A DNA stretch of 64,000 bases from a bacterium (lineage in GTDB: Bacteria > UBA8248), in assembly GCA_965203325.1 (NCBI GenBank), contig OZ241875.1, positions 3,392,001-3,456,000 of the forward strand. The letters run 5' to 3'. Position numbers and translations under genes: made by a program. Each line of letters opens with the position of its first letter. Within the stretch, counting starts at the first letter, position 1. The notes beneath the pieces are model-generated. The model made no database searches, was not told the DNA's origin, and saw only the letters and a program-made list of their open reading frames with translations. Below, in pieces: positions 9,560 through 19,137 of this stretch.

Positions 9560-9590
9560 AAACCCCCGGCTTTGACGCCCGGGGGTTTTT
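9560..9590. terminator. Intrinsic terminator, probably bidirectional
   Basis: AAACCCCCGG...CCGGGGGTTTTT between convergent genes. Confidence 0.8.
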
Positions 9591-9614
9591 CGTTGGTGAG
9601 TCCAGTCGCTCGCA

Positions 9615-10025
9615 TCAACCGCCGCCGTAGGTCTCTCCCGCGCGCTCCGAGAGCTCGATCCGCACGTCCTCGGGACCTCTTATATAGGCCGTCGTCCTGC
9701 CGCCCATGCCCGAAGGGGAGGGGTCGCGGATGAAGTCCGCGCCCCCTTCTTTCATCTGGGCTGCCAAGCCGTGGATGTCGTCCACGGCGAAGGAGAAATG
9801 GTCGAGGCCCATCACGGCGTCCGCGTGGTTCTCCCCGATGCGCTCGCCGGGCCGCACGCCTCTTAAGAAAAGTCTGGCATCACCGACGCGCACGACGGCA
9901 TTGGGCGCGCCGTGGAAATTCTCTTCGCGGTAGATCACCTCGCCGCCGAATATCTTTTCGAAAAAGGCGACCATCCCTTCCAGATCCTTACAGATAATGT
10001 GCACGTGATCGAATGATAAGCGCAT
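9615..10025 (-). CDS. VOC (glyoxalase/bleomycin-resistance) family protein
   Basis: C-terminal part of the 483 aa track ORF: MRLSFDHVHI...GLDHFSFAVDDI...AYIRGPEDVRIELSE; ATG 10025 has a GGGGGGAG RBS. Confidence 0.88.
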   Translation of the reverse strand: MRLSFDHVHIICKDLEGMVAFFEKIFGGEVIYREENFHGAPNAVVRVGDARLFLRGVRPGERIGENHADAVMGLDHFSFAVDDIHGLAAQMKEGGADFIRDPSPSGMGGRTTAYIRGPEDVRIELSERAGETYGGG

Positions 10026-10151
10026 TTGCTCCCCCCTTTTGCGTGAACTGCTGAAACTTGAGCTTTGCATTCGGGGCCAATGTCGCCCGTAAGGCGGCGT
10101 GCGGTCAATCGCCGCCATGTGTAGAATGACCCGCCTGAAAAGGGGGTGCGC

Positions 10152-11054
10152 ATGGCCGGAACCCGGAAAGTGCCCACAAGCTGGAAGACGGGGCTTCAGC
10201 GCGTGGCGCGCGGCGTCTACGCCTATATCCAGGCGGGCGGGCTGAACGTCTCGAACGCAGGTCTCATCGTGGGGGACGATGAAGCGCTCGTGGTCGACGC
10301 GCTCTATGTGCGGCCCATGACGCAGGCGTTTCAGGAGGCGATCCGCAAGGCGACCAGAAAGCCCGTGCGCAAGATCGTCTGCACCCACCACCATGCGGAT
10401 CACACGCTGGGGCTCACCTGGTTCGAGCGGGACATCCCCGTCATCGCGCACCGCCATATGCGCGAGCGGATGATCGAGACGGGCCTCGACCTCGCGCACT
10501 ACAGGGGCGTGAACCCCGAATACGCCTCGGAACTCAAAAGGCTCAGGCAGCGCTTTCCCGACGTTACCTACGAGGGCGGCATGACGCTGCGTCTGGGCAA
10601 GCGCGTCGTGGAACTCCACCACCTGGGCCACGCGCATTCCAAGGGCGACACGGTCGTCTATCTGCCCGAAGAACGCGTCTTGTTCACGGGCGACATCTGC
10701 TTTCATTACGTGACGCCCGCCACCTTCGACGCCCACGTCGGCGGGTGGATACGGATTGCGGAGAAGATACTGAAAACCTTCGCCGTCGAAACGGTCGTTC
10801 CGGGGCACGGGCCGCCGGGGGACAAGAGCGCGCTCGAGAAAACCCTGGGCTACCTCCGGCTCGTGCGCCGGGAGGCGCGAAAGCGTTTCAAGGAGGGCAC
10901 CCCTGCCAAGCGCGCCGCGCGCGAGATTCCGCTGGGCGAATATGCGGACTGGATGAAGCCCGACCGCGTCGAGCAGGCCGTGATGAAGCTCTACAACGAG
11001 TTCAAAGGCCGTGGCGAGCAGGGGATATCGCTCCACGACGCGCGGGGTGGATGA
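10152..11054 (+). CDS. MBL-fold metallo-hydrolase (cyclase-like)
   Basis: SNAGLIV, THHHADH, AHSKGD, FTGD, VPGHG. Confidence 0.9.
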   Translation: MAGTRKVPTSWKTGLQRVARGVYAYIQAGGLNVSNAGLIVGDDEALVVDALYVRPMTQAFQEAIRKATRKPVRKIVCTHHHADHTLGLTWFERDIPVIAHRHMRERMIETGLDLAHYRGVNPEYASELKRLRQRFPDVTYEGGMTLRLGKRVVELHHLGHAHSKGDTVVYLPEERVLFTGDICFHYVTPATFDAHVGGWIRIAEKILKTFAVETVVPGHGPPGDKSALEKTLGYLRLVRREARKRFKEGTPAKRAAREIPLGEYADWMKPDRVEQAVMKLYNEFKGRGEQGISLHDARGG

Positions 11055-11064
11055 GGAAGACGAC

Positions 11065-11421
11065 ATGTCCGAGAACTACGACCGAAGACGAAGCCGCTGC
11101 ATGCTCGATCAGTCCTCGAACACGCAAAACCCCGTCCACTTGATCTTACGAAGCCCCTATGCGCTCAAGGCGGAATATGCAGGGGAGCATCAAGACGTGC
11201 GCGTCTTGATCGACGAATATAACGCCCTGGCCGCACAGGATGAACCCGCCGCAGATGCCCGCGAAGCCCTGGCGAAACAAGCCGATGCGCTCTCGGCCCG
11301 CTACGCCGCCGCGCACATGTCCGCCCTCGCCGAACACCTCGCCTTTCTCGCTGAACTATTTAGGGGCCGCTATCCGATTCGTCCCGTGATGGATGCGGTC
11401 AGGCTGGAGGAAATCTCATAG
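11065..11421 (+). CDS. Hypothetical helical protein
   Basis: 118 aa ORF 10 nt after the MBL stop, with a GAGGA RBS and a following terminator. Confidence 0.6.
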   Translation: MSENYDRRRSRCMLDQSSNTQNPVHLILRSPYALKAEYAGEHQDVRVLIDEYNALAAQDEPAADAREALAKQADALSARYAAAHMSALAEHLAFLAELFRGRYPIRPVMDAVRLEEIS

Positions 11422-11458
11422 AAAAACCCCCGAGGCTTTCGCCCCGGGGGTGTCTTTT
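11422..11458. terminator. Bidirectional intrinsic terminator
   Basis: AAAAACCCCCGAGGC-TTTC-GCCCCGGGGGTGTCTTTT between convergent genes. Confidence 0.75.
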
Positions 11459-11511
11459 GGCTGGACTTTCGTTTCTTCCCTACATCAAATGGACTGCTTG
11501 CGTCGCTCCCA

Positions 11512-12711
11512 TCAATGCCCGTTGGCGTCGCCCCCGGCGGGGGCTTCGGTGAGGCCGCAGAAGAACTCGTAGTCGATGAGCTCGGTGATGGAGGGGCTGT
11601 CCCCGCACACCGGGCAGCCCGGGTCGCGCCTGATCTTGAGCGTCCTGAACTGCGATTTGAGCGCGTCGTACATCAGCAGTTTGCCGATCAGCGGTTCCCC
11701 GAAGCCCACGATGAGCTTGGCCGTCTCCGTCGCCTGGATGGAGCCCATGGTGCCGCACAGCGCGCCCAAAACCCCTGCGTCCTGGCAGGAGGGCACCATG
11801 CCGGGCGGCGGCGGTTCGGGGTAGAGGCAGCGGTAGCAGGGGCCGCCCTTGGCGGGATGGTAGACGGTGGCCTGGCCCTCGAACTTGAAGATGGAGGCGT
11901 CGACAATGGGCTTTCCGAGAAAGACAGCCGCGTCGTTCACGAGGTAGCGGGTGGGGAAATTGTCCGCCCCGTTCACGATGACGTCGTAGTCTTTCAGGAT
12001 GTCGAGCGCGTTGTCGCGGTTGAGTCTCTCCTCATGAGCGATGACGTTCACGTCGGGGTTCAGCGCGGTGAGGGTGGCCGCCGCGCTCTCGACCTTGGAG
12101 GTGCCCACGCGGTCGTTCGTGTGGACGATCTGGCGCTGAAGATTGCTCATGTCCACGACGTCCATATCCACGATGCCGATGTTGCCCACGCCCATGGCGG
12201 TCAGGTAAAGCCCGGTGGGAGAGCCCAGCCCACCCGCGCCTATCAGGACGACCTTGGCGTCCAGGAGTTTGGCCTGGCCCTTTTCGCCGATCTGGGAGAG
12301 CAGGAAGTGGCGGCTGTAGCGGTTCAACTGCTCCGCGCTCATCTGCTTGTCCACTTGGACAGGAAAGCCCAAATCTTTCCACTTGCCGTAACCGCCCGCC
12401 ATGGATTTCACGTTCTGATAGCCCATGGACTGGAGCACCTGGCCGGCGAGCAGCGAGCGCACGCCGCCCGCGCAATAGGCGACGATGGGCGTCTTCCTGT
12501 CGGGTACGACCTGCTCGATCTTGAGCTCCAGGAATCCGCGGCTCACGTGCTCCGCGCCCGGCAGGTAGCCGCCCCGGAACTCGTCCGGTTCGCGCACGTC
12601 GATGAGCGCCACCCCGGTACCGGTATCGACCGCGTTTTTCACTTCTTCCGCCGTGATCTCAGGAACATCGCCCCGCGCGTCCTCGAGCAGGTCCCGTCCT
12701 GTTTTCGACAT
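11512..12711 (-). CDS. moeB: Molybdopterin-synthase adenylyltransferase with N-terminal rhodanese domain (MoeB/MoeZ)
   Basis: Rhodanese IDVREPDEF and YCAGGVRS; ThiF domain RYSRH, GAGGLGS, SNLQRQ, CYRC, CPVC. Confidence 0.92.
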   Translation of the reverse strand: MSKTGRDLLEDARGDVPEITAEEVKNAVDTGTGVALIDVREPDEFRGGYLPGAEHVSRGFLELKIEQVVPDRKTPIVAYCAGGVRSLLAGQVLQSMGYQNVKSMAGGYGKWKDLGFPVQVDKQMSAEQLNRYSRHFLLSQIGEKGQAKLLDAKVVLIGAGGLGSPTGLYLTAMGVGNIGIVDMDVVDMSNLQRQIVHTNDRVGTSKVESAAATLTALNPDVNVIAHEERLNRDNALDILKDYDVIVNGADNFPTRYLVNDAAVFLGKPIVDASIFKFEGQATVYHPAKGGPCYRCLYPEPPPPGMVPSCQDAGVLGALCGTMGSIQATETAKLIVGFGEPLIGKLLMYDALKSQFRTLKIRRDPGCPVCGDSPSITELIDYEFFCGLTEAPAGGDANGH

Positions 12712-12974
12712 TTCTTGATCTCCTTTGCTCCCAGCGTTCGCTGAAAAGGGATATGGGATAGATAATCGTAAGTTATCGGCACTTCAGAGCGCGCAGCGCC
12801 CGCCCCACAATTCTTTCGAATACTAAACCAATTTACTCAAGAATAGCAAGCCAGTCTCTTGAAACATGAAAATCGAATCATTATCCAGAAAAAAGCGTCA
12901 AAGCGCCATGCCGCTCGCGGCGCTCTCTCTATAGCCTGTGGAATCAACTGCACGACGAACGCTCACTCTTCGCG

Positions 12975-13853
12975 CTAGTTCATCCCCGCGCCTTTTTCAA
13001 AAAACTCCAGAATGGCGTTCTGGTCCGCGTCGCCGTGGCCCAGGGCCGCCGCGCCCATATAGACCTGCCGCGCCATCGTCCCCAGGGGAATCGGCGTTCC
13101 GACGCCGTCGGCCATCGCCGCGATGATGCGCAGATCCTTGAGCATGAGGTTCACCGTGAAGGTGGGCGAATAGTCCTTGGCGATCATGGGCGAGGCCTTG
13201 TATTCGAGGATTTTGGGAATCACGCTCGCCTTCAGGAACTCGACCATATGCTCGGGGTCGAGGCCCCCCTTCGTCCCCATGGTGAGCGCCTCGGCGATGG
13301 CGGAGATGTGGATCGCGAAGATGTGGTTCGTCACCAGCTTCATCTGGAGGCCCGCCCCGTTTGCGCCGAAATAGTGGATCGAGGCGCTGAAGGCCTCCAA
13401 AACGTCACGGTGGGCTTCGAGCGAGGCCTCATCGCCCCCCACCATGATGGCGAGGGTGCCCGCCTTCGCGTGGGGTACACTCCCGCTCACGGGAGTATCC
13501 AGAAACCGGACGCCTCGGCTTTCCGCTTCCGCCGCCAGGTCCTGGCTGCCCTCGACCGTCAGGGTGGACAGGTCGAAGCATACCGCGCCCTCCCTGGCCG
13601 TTGTGAGCGCGCCGGTCTCGCCGAGATAGGCTTCTCTCGCGTGCTCGACCTCGGGCACCGAACTGCAAATCACTTCCGCTCCCGTGGCGGCTTCCGCCGC
13701 CGTCTCGAAGACGGTAAGCCCCGCCGCAGCCGCCCGCTCGCGCATAGCGGGGACGGGGTCGAAGCCACGAACGTCGAAACCCGCCTTCACCAGATTTTCC
13801 GACATGCCCGAGCCCATGTTGCCGAGGCCCAGGAAAGCAACCACTTTCGCCAT
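12975..13853 (-). CDS. Beta-hydroxyacid dehydrogenase family oxidoreductase (paralogue 3)
   Basis: FLGLGNMG, FLDTPVSGS, IMVGG, catalytic Lys in MKLVTNH, LKDL. Confidence 0.9.
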   Translation of the reverse strand: MAKVVAFLGLGNMGSGMSENLVKAGFDVRGFDPVPAMRERAAAAGLTVFETAAEAATGAEVICSSVPEVEHAREAYLGETGALTTAREGAVCFDLSTLTVEGSQDLAAEAESRGVRFLDTPVSGSVPHAKAGTLAIMVGGDEASLEAHRDVLEAFSASIHYFGANGAGLQMKLVTNHIFAIHISAIAEALTMGTKGGLDPEHMVEFLKASVIPKILEYKASPMIAKDYSPTFTVNLMLKDLRIIAAMADGVGTPIPLGTMARQVYMGAAALGHGDADQNAILEFFEKGAGMN

Positions 13854-13986
13854 TTCGCATCACTCCTGTTGAATATGGCGTCACGCGACGCCCGTGCTTG
13901 CGAATCGGTGGACAGGCCAATCTCGCAAAAAAATCAGGAGGGGCTTCTCCCGTCTCGTGTGGGGTATGTGCCTGCTCCTATGAAAA

Positions 13987-14892
13987 TTATTTTCTTTTCG
14001 GCTTCATTCCCATGGCGTTCAGGAAAGCCTCGAATACGGCGTTCAAGTCTGCGTGTTCGAACCCGAGCGCCATGGCGGAGGTATGCTGCTGCCGCGCGGC
14101 GGCGCCAATGGGGACGGGAACGCCCAGATCGTTGGCTTCGTTCATGCTGATTCCCATGTCCTTGTAGCTGAGTCCCAGATTCCCGATGACGCCCGAATAA
14201 TCGCGCGCCGCCATCTCCGGGCCTTTGTAGTGGATCAGGTCCGGAATCACGCTCCCTTGTAGGAATTTCATCATTTTCTGGGCCGTGAGTCCCGCCTTCA
14301 CCCCGAAAGCCAGACCCTCGGCCATGCCGGCGTGCTGGATGAAGATGATGTGGTTCGACACCAGTTTCATGAGCAGGCCGTTTCCGGTTTTTCCCATGTA
14401 GGTGATCGACTTGCTGAAGGCGTCGAGCACGTCGCGGTGTTCCTTGAAGGCGGACTCGTCTCCGCCCACGATGGCTGAGACTCCCCTTTGCTCCAGATGC
14501 GGAACGCTTCCGAGCACGGGAGCGTCCAGAAAGGCGATTCTCTTCTTCCTGGCTTCTGCGGCGATCTCTTTCGCAAGGGCGACGCTGCTCGTCGAAAGCT
14601 CGAAGCATACCGCGCCGCGCCGCATCGCCTTGAGCGCGCCGCCTTTGCCCAGGTAGACGTCTCTCACGATTTCGGTCTTGGGGAGCGAACTGCACGCCAC
14701 GTCTGCGCCCTTCACCGCCGCTGCTACGGTTCTCGCGATTTTGGCGCCGTTTTTCTTCGCAGCGGCGGTTGCCTTTGGCACGGGGTCGTAGCCGGTGACG
14801 TCGAAGCCCGCGTCGACTAGGTGCTTCGCCATCAACCCGCCCATGCGGCCCATACCGAGGAACGCGATCTTTTTCGTTGCCTTGCGCGCCAT
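13987..14892 (-). CDS. Beta-hydroxyacid dehydrogenase family oxidoreductase (paralogue 2)
   Basis: FLGMGRMG, FLDAPVLGS, MKLVSNH; start placed by alignment with paralogue 1 (MARKATKK). Confidence 0.9.
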   Translation of the reverse strand: MARKATKKIAFLGMGRMGGLMAKHLVDAGFDVTGYDPVPKATAAAKKNGAKIARTVAAAVKGADVACSSLPKTEIVRDVYLGKGGALKAMRRGAVCFELSTSSVALAKEIAAEARKKRIAFLDAPVLGSVPHLEQRGVSAIVGGDESAFKEHRDVLDAFSKSITYMGKTGNGLLMKLVSNHIIFIQHAGMAEGLAFGVKAGLTAQKMMKFLQGSVIPDLIHYKGPEMAARDYSGVIGNLGLSYKDMGISMNEANDLGVPVPIGAAARQQHTSAMALGFEHADLNAVFEAFLNAMGMKPKRK

Positions 14893-14965
14893 ATCTTCAG
14901 GCTCCTGCGGTCGGATGCGCCATGGCACACCGTCTATCCGGGCGTTTCTGATGCCTCGGTAACAT

Positions 14966-15871
14966 TCACTTTCTCTTCGGCCTTGTTCCCATGGCGTTCA
15001 GGAACGACTCGAAAACAGCGTTGAAGTCCGCATCTTCGAGGCCGAGCGCCATGGCGGAGGTGTATTGCTGCCGCGCGGCGGCGCCCAGGGGTACGGGTGC
15101 GCCCAAGTCGTTCGCCTCGTTGATGCTGAGCCCCAGATCCTTGAAGCTTATCCCCAGGTTCGCGATGACGTCGGAATAATCGCGCGCCGCCATCGTCGTG
15201 CCCTTGTAGTGGATGAGGAGGGGAATCACGCTGCCTTGCAGGAATTTCATCATTTTGGGCGCCGTCAGCCCCGCCTTCATCCCGAACGCCAGTCCCTCGG
15301 CCATGCCGGAGTGGTGGATGTTCAGAATGTGGTTCGTCACCAGTTTCATGATCAGGCCGTTGCCGGATTTCCCCATGTAGGTGATGGATTTGCTGAAGGC
15401 GTCGAGCACGTCGCGGTGTTCTTTGAGCGCGGCCTGTTCTCCGCCCACGATGGCGGCGACTTCCTTGCGCTCCAGGTGCGGAATGCTCCCGCTGACGGGC
15501 GCGTCCAGAAAGGCGATGCCCTTTTTCTTGGCCGCCTCCGCGATCTCTTTCGCCAGACTGACGGTGCTCGTCGAAAGCTCGAAACAGACCGTGCCGCGCC
15601 GCGCCGTCTCGAGCACGCCCTTGGGCCCGAAGTAGACGTCCCTTACGACGGCGGGCGAGGGGAGCGAACTGCACACCACGTCGGCGCCCTTCACCGCCGC
15701 TGCGACGGTTCTCGCGGTTTTGGCGCCGTTTTTCTTGGCCGCTGCGACGGCTTTCGCTGAGGGATCGTAGCCCGTGACCGGGAAGCCGGCGTCGACGAGG
15801 TGTTTCGCCATCAATCCGCCCATGCGGCCCAAGCCCAGGAATGCGATTTTTTTCGTTGCCTTGCGCGCCAT
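14966..15871 (-). CDS. Beta-hydroxyacid dehydrogenase family oxidoreductase (paralogue 1)
   Basis: FLGLGRMG, FLDAPVSGS, MKLVTNH; 301 aa, collinear with paralogue 2. Confidence 0.9.
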   Translation of the reverse strand: MARKATKKIAFLGLGRMGGLMAKHLVDAGFPVTGYDPSAKAVAAAKKNGAKTARTVAAAVKGADVVCSSLPSPAVVRDVYFGPKGVLETARRGTVCFELSTSTVSLAKEIAEAAKKKGIAFLDAPVSGSIPHLERKEVAAIVGGEQAALKEHRDVLDAFSKSITYMGKSGNGLIMKLVTNHILNIHHSGMAEGLAFGMKAGLTAPKMMKFLQGSVIPLLIHYKGTTMAARDYSDVIANLGISFKDLGLSINEANDLGAPVPLGAAARQQYTSAMALGLEDADFNAVFESFLNAMGTRPKRK

Positions 15872-15880
15872 TTTTCTCTC

Positions 15881-16759
15881 CTATCTTTCGATCCCGAGCA
15901 GATTCAGGGGGTTGTCCACGAGTATTCTTTCACGAACGCTCTCATCCGGTGCCCAGTCGAGCAGTTGATCCAGCAAGTCGCCGTCGTTCGGCATCGGTAT
16001 CTTGCAAGCGGGGTGCGGCCAGTCCGTGCCCCAGATGATGCGCTCGGGCGCCGCTTCGATGAGCGCGCGGGCGATGGGGTCGACGTCTGTATAAGGTGTA
16101 TGCTCAAGGCTTGTGATGCGGTAACCGCCCGTGAGCTTCACCCAGGTTCGGCCCTCTTTGAGCAAGTCCATGAATTCCTGGAGTGGCCCCAGACCCTCGT
16201 CCGCCGGGACGTAACCCATGTGCCCGAAAACGCTGTGGACGGGCAGGGAGGAGAAGGTCTTTCTTAAATCGGGAAACTCATGCACGTGGATCAGGAACTC
16301 CATGTGCCAGCCCATGTCCACGATGCGCTCGCCCATCGCCTGAACGTCTGTGAACGAGTCGAAGGGATTCCCGCCCTTGTCCGCCAGATTGATCCGTAAG
16401 CCGCGAACGCCCGCCTCGTGAAGGCGCGTCAACTCCGCCTCGCTCACCTCCTTGTCCACGGAGGCCACGCCCATGAGCCGCCCGCCCGAGCGTGCCATGG
16501 CGTCGAGCATGGCGGTGTTGTCGACCCCGTAGACGCTCGGCTGGGTGAGGACGCCGCGCGCCACGCCGAGCGTACGGTGGAGGGTTTCATACGCATCAAG
16601 TGAGGCGTCGGGAGGCGTGTAGCCCCTTCTGGGGGAATAAGCGTATTTGCTCTCTGGACCGAAGATGTGGCCATGGGTATCCCAAGCGCCGGGGGGGAGC
16701 TCGAAGCGGGGCGCTCTGGGCCGGGGCTCGGGCGGCGGGCAGGGGAGCATATCCGGCAT
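15881..16759 (-). CDS. Amidohydrolase family protein (LigI/2-pyrone-4,6-dicarboxylate lactonase-like)
   Basis: WDTHGHIFG, QPSVYGVDN, GVRGLRIN, WVKLTGGYR, WGTDWPHP, ILVDNP. Confidence 0.88.
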   Translation of the reverse strand: MPDMLPCPPPEPRPRAPRFELPPGAWDTHGHIFGPESKYAYSPRRGYTPPDASLDAYETLHRTLGVARGVLTQPSVYGVDNTAMLDAMARSGGRLMGVASVDKEVSEAELTRLHEAGVRGLRINLADKGGNPFDSFTDVQAMGERIVDMGWHMEFLIHVHEFPDLRKTFSSLPVHSVFGHMGYVPADEGLGPLQEFMDLLKEGRTWVKLTGGYRITSLEHTPYTDVDPIARALIEAAPERIIWGTDWPHPACKIPMPNDGDLLDQLLDWAPDESVRERILVDNPLNLLGIER

Positions 16760-16770
16760 TCAGTTTCCCT

Positions 16771-17070
16771 CTAGTGGAGGTCGCCCTCGCGGCCGTAGAG
16801 CTTGTGGCGCGGCCGGCCCGCCAGAATTTCCGCTTTTCCCCAGTCCGTGACGGCGCGAAAAGCATCGCTCCTGATGAAGGCCATGAAGTCTTCCTGCGCA
16901 TCCCACTCCGAGAGGATGGTGTAGGAATTGGGATTTTTCACCTGTTGATACAGAAGGCTCTGCACGTGGCCGGCCTGTCCTTCGAGGGCGCCGGCCACGG
17001 CCTCGAATTTCTCCTCGAACTCTTTCTCCTTGCCCGGCAGCACTTCGTAATACATCCCTACGGTGATCAT
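16771..17070 (-). CDS. Antibiotic biosynthesis monooxygenase (ABM) domain protein
   Basis: MITVGMYYEVLPGKEKEFE...YTILSEW...FIRSDAF; AGGAG RBS. Confidence 0.85.
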   Translation of the reverse strand: MITVGMYYEVLPGKEKEFEEKFEAVAGALEGQAGHVQSLLYQQVKNPNSYTILSEWDAQEDFMAFIRSDAFRAVTDWGKAEILAGRPRHKLYGREGDLH

Positions 17071-17101
17071 GTTCCGCTCCTTGCGCGACGCCGCTTCGGC
17101 G

Positions 17102-17968
17102 TCATAGATATTCACGTTCCCACGTCTGGATTTCCGAGATGCCAAGGGCGTCGTTGTATTCCTGGAAAGTGGCCATCATTTCGCGCGCCGAGCGCGTGGA
17201 GCCTTCTTCTTTTAGAATCCGCAGCACATCGTTCACTGCTTTCAAATACGTGCAGCGCACGATGCCCGGATAGATGATGACGCCGAAGCCGAGTTCGCCG
17301 AGTTCATCCACGCTGAGAGCCGCCTCGCGCCTCGATTCATCCAGGGTGGTGACGTGGGGCGGGGGAACCCCGGCTCCGATTTTTCGGAGTTCCTCCTCGG
17401 TGCCTTCCACCTCGATGAAGGTGAGGTCGGCTCCCGCCTCTTTATAGGCGACGGCCCGGCGGATCGCCTCGTCCAGTCCGTGGTCGGCGGCGGCGTCCGT
17501 GCGGGCGAGGATGAGGAAATCCTCGCTTTGGCGTGCATCGAGAGCCGCCTTCAGCTTGCCGAGTTGTTCTTCGAGCGAGATGACGGGAATCGAGCCGGGC
17601 AGAAAGCCGCACTTTTTGGGGGTCACCTGATCCTCGATCTGGATGCAGGCGACGCCCGCCGATTCGAGTTCGCGGACGGTGCGGATCATGTTCACGGCGT
17701 TGCCGTAGCCTGTGTCGGCGTCCGCGATGAGGGGAATGGAGGTGGCCTGGACGATGTTCCGGCAGACGTCGGCCACCTCGCGCAGCGTCATGAAGCCCAC
17801 ATCGGGCTTGCCGAGAAGCGCCGCCGAGGCGCCGTTGCCCGTCAGATAGTTCACCTCGAAACCCGCCTGCTCCACCATGCGCGCGCTGAAGGCGTCGATG
17901 CAGGCGGGAGCGAGCACGGGGCGATTCTCTTCCAGAAGCGCCCGGAGGCGCGTGCCACGATCATTCAT
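17102..17968 (-). CDS. Isocitrate lyase/PEP mutase family protein
   Basis: DAFSARMVEQAGF, ADADTGYG, QIEDQVTPKKCGF, ARTDA. Confidence 0.92.
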   Translation of the reverse strand: MNDRGTRLRALLEENRPVLAPACIDAFSARMVEQAGFEVNYLTGNGASAALLGKPDVGFMTLREVADVCRNIVQATSIPLIADADTGYGNAVNMIRTVRELESAGVACIQIEDQVTPKKCGFLPGSIPVISLEEQLGKLKAALDARQSEDFLILARTDAAADHGLDEAIRRAVAYKEAGADLTFIEVEGTEEELRKIGAGVPPPHVTTLDESRREAALSVDELGELGFGVIIYPGIVRCTYLKAVNDVLRILKEEGSTRSAREMMATFQEYNDALGISEIQTWEREYL

Positions 17969-18111
17969 GGCGTTATCCCTCGAATAAGTGGAGATCAAGT
18001 TATTCGGAAGTTCTCCCACCACCGGCTCCATGTCAAGCGAGCCTTGTATTCCGCTCAGTCCCAAGGTTAGAGTAGTCCTTGCCTCCACGAGAAACACAAG
18101 GTTCATATTCC

Positions 18112-18888
18112 ATGCCGATAAAATGCTCTCCTCGAACCGAGTCCGAAGAGATGGTGGCCCTCGCCCGCGCCGTCGAGCGTTCGCTGGCGGAAGGCGGAAG
18201 AGGTCTCCACCACCTCAGTACGCCGCTGGGTCGCGCTAGTTACCTGCGCAAAGCGGATATCGTGAAAAACCTGAAACCGGACGGCGGCAGGTTGCTGGAT
18301 TGGGGATGCGGCTACGGGCAAATGTCTTATCTTTTGAGAAACCGGGGTTTCGAAGTCGTTTCCTATACCATCGAGGCGGAAGAACCCTCTTCTTGGAACT
18401 CCTTTCTCCGTGAACAGGACCTCGATGTCGTTTACGGTGAGGACCCCGTTCGGCTTCCGTTCGGGGATGAATCGTTCGACCTCGTTTTGTCCTGCGGCGT
18501 TCTGGAGCATGTGGAGGACGAGAGCGGTTCGCTCACAGAAATTCGGCGCATCTTGCGCCCCGGGGGGTTGCTCATCGTGATGATGCTTCCCAACGTGTGG
18601 AGTTATGCGGAGTTCATGGCGAGAAACGTCTTCCGGGCGAGCGATCACGACCGGCGCTATACCATGGAAACGATGTGTCGGCTCCTTTCCGGTTTCAGTT
18701 TCCGGGCGGTCGAGACGTGGTACTCGAATATCCTGCCGAAGAATTTCACTCCTTTGCCGGAAAGACTCAGGCAATCGCTGGGAGCTCATCCGCATATATG
18801 GCTCAGGGTCGAGGCCTGGCTCTCCAAAATTCCTCCCGTTTCCTGGTTCAGCGGGGTTGTTGAAGGCGTTTTTGTGCGCCTGCCATGA
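18112..18888 (+). CDS. Class I SAM-dependent methyltransferase
   Basis: LLDWGCGYG, LPFGDESFDLV, VLEHV, RILRPGG; start codon uncertain. Confidence 0.88.
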   Translation: MPIKCSPRTESEEMVALARAVERSLAEGGRGLHHLSTPLGRASYLRKADIVKNLKPDGGRLLDWGCGYGQMSYLLRNRGFEVVSYTIEAEEPSSWNSFLREQDLDVVYGEDPVRLPFGDESFDLVLSCGVLEHVEDESGSLTEIRRILRPGGLLIVMMLPNVWSYAEFMARNVFRASDHDRRYTMETMCRLLSGFSFRAVETWYSNILPKNFTPLPERLRQSLGAHPHIWLRVEAWLSKIPPVSWFSGVVEGVFVRLP

Positions 18889-19137
18889 GGAGAGATGGAA
18901 AGGCGGGCTCGGCCCGTGGAACGCTTGAGCCATCGTGGGTGGAAGTCTTGATAGCCTGAAAGATTCCGCATGCGCCTTGCGCTTTTCCCGAGAGGCCGCT
19001 TTACTGGAATACCTGCGCTCATGGGACCCACCAATTTTCTGGGATGAGAGCAAGCGGAAATTCCAGGGTTTCCGAAATATGGCAGCCAGAAAACGGGCAT
19101 GACGCGAGGCATGCGCTATCGACATGGGCGGGTCATC

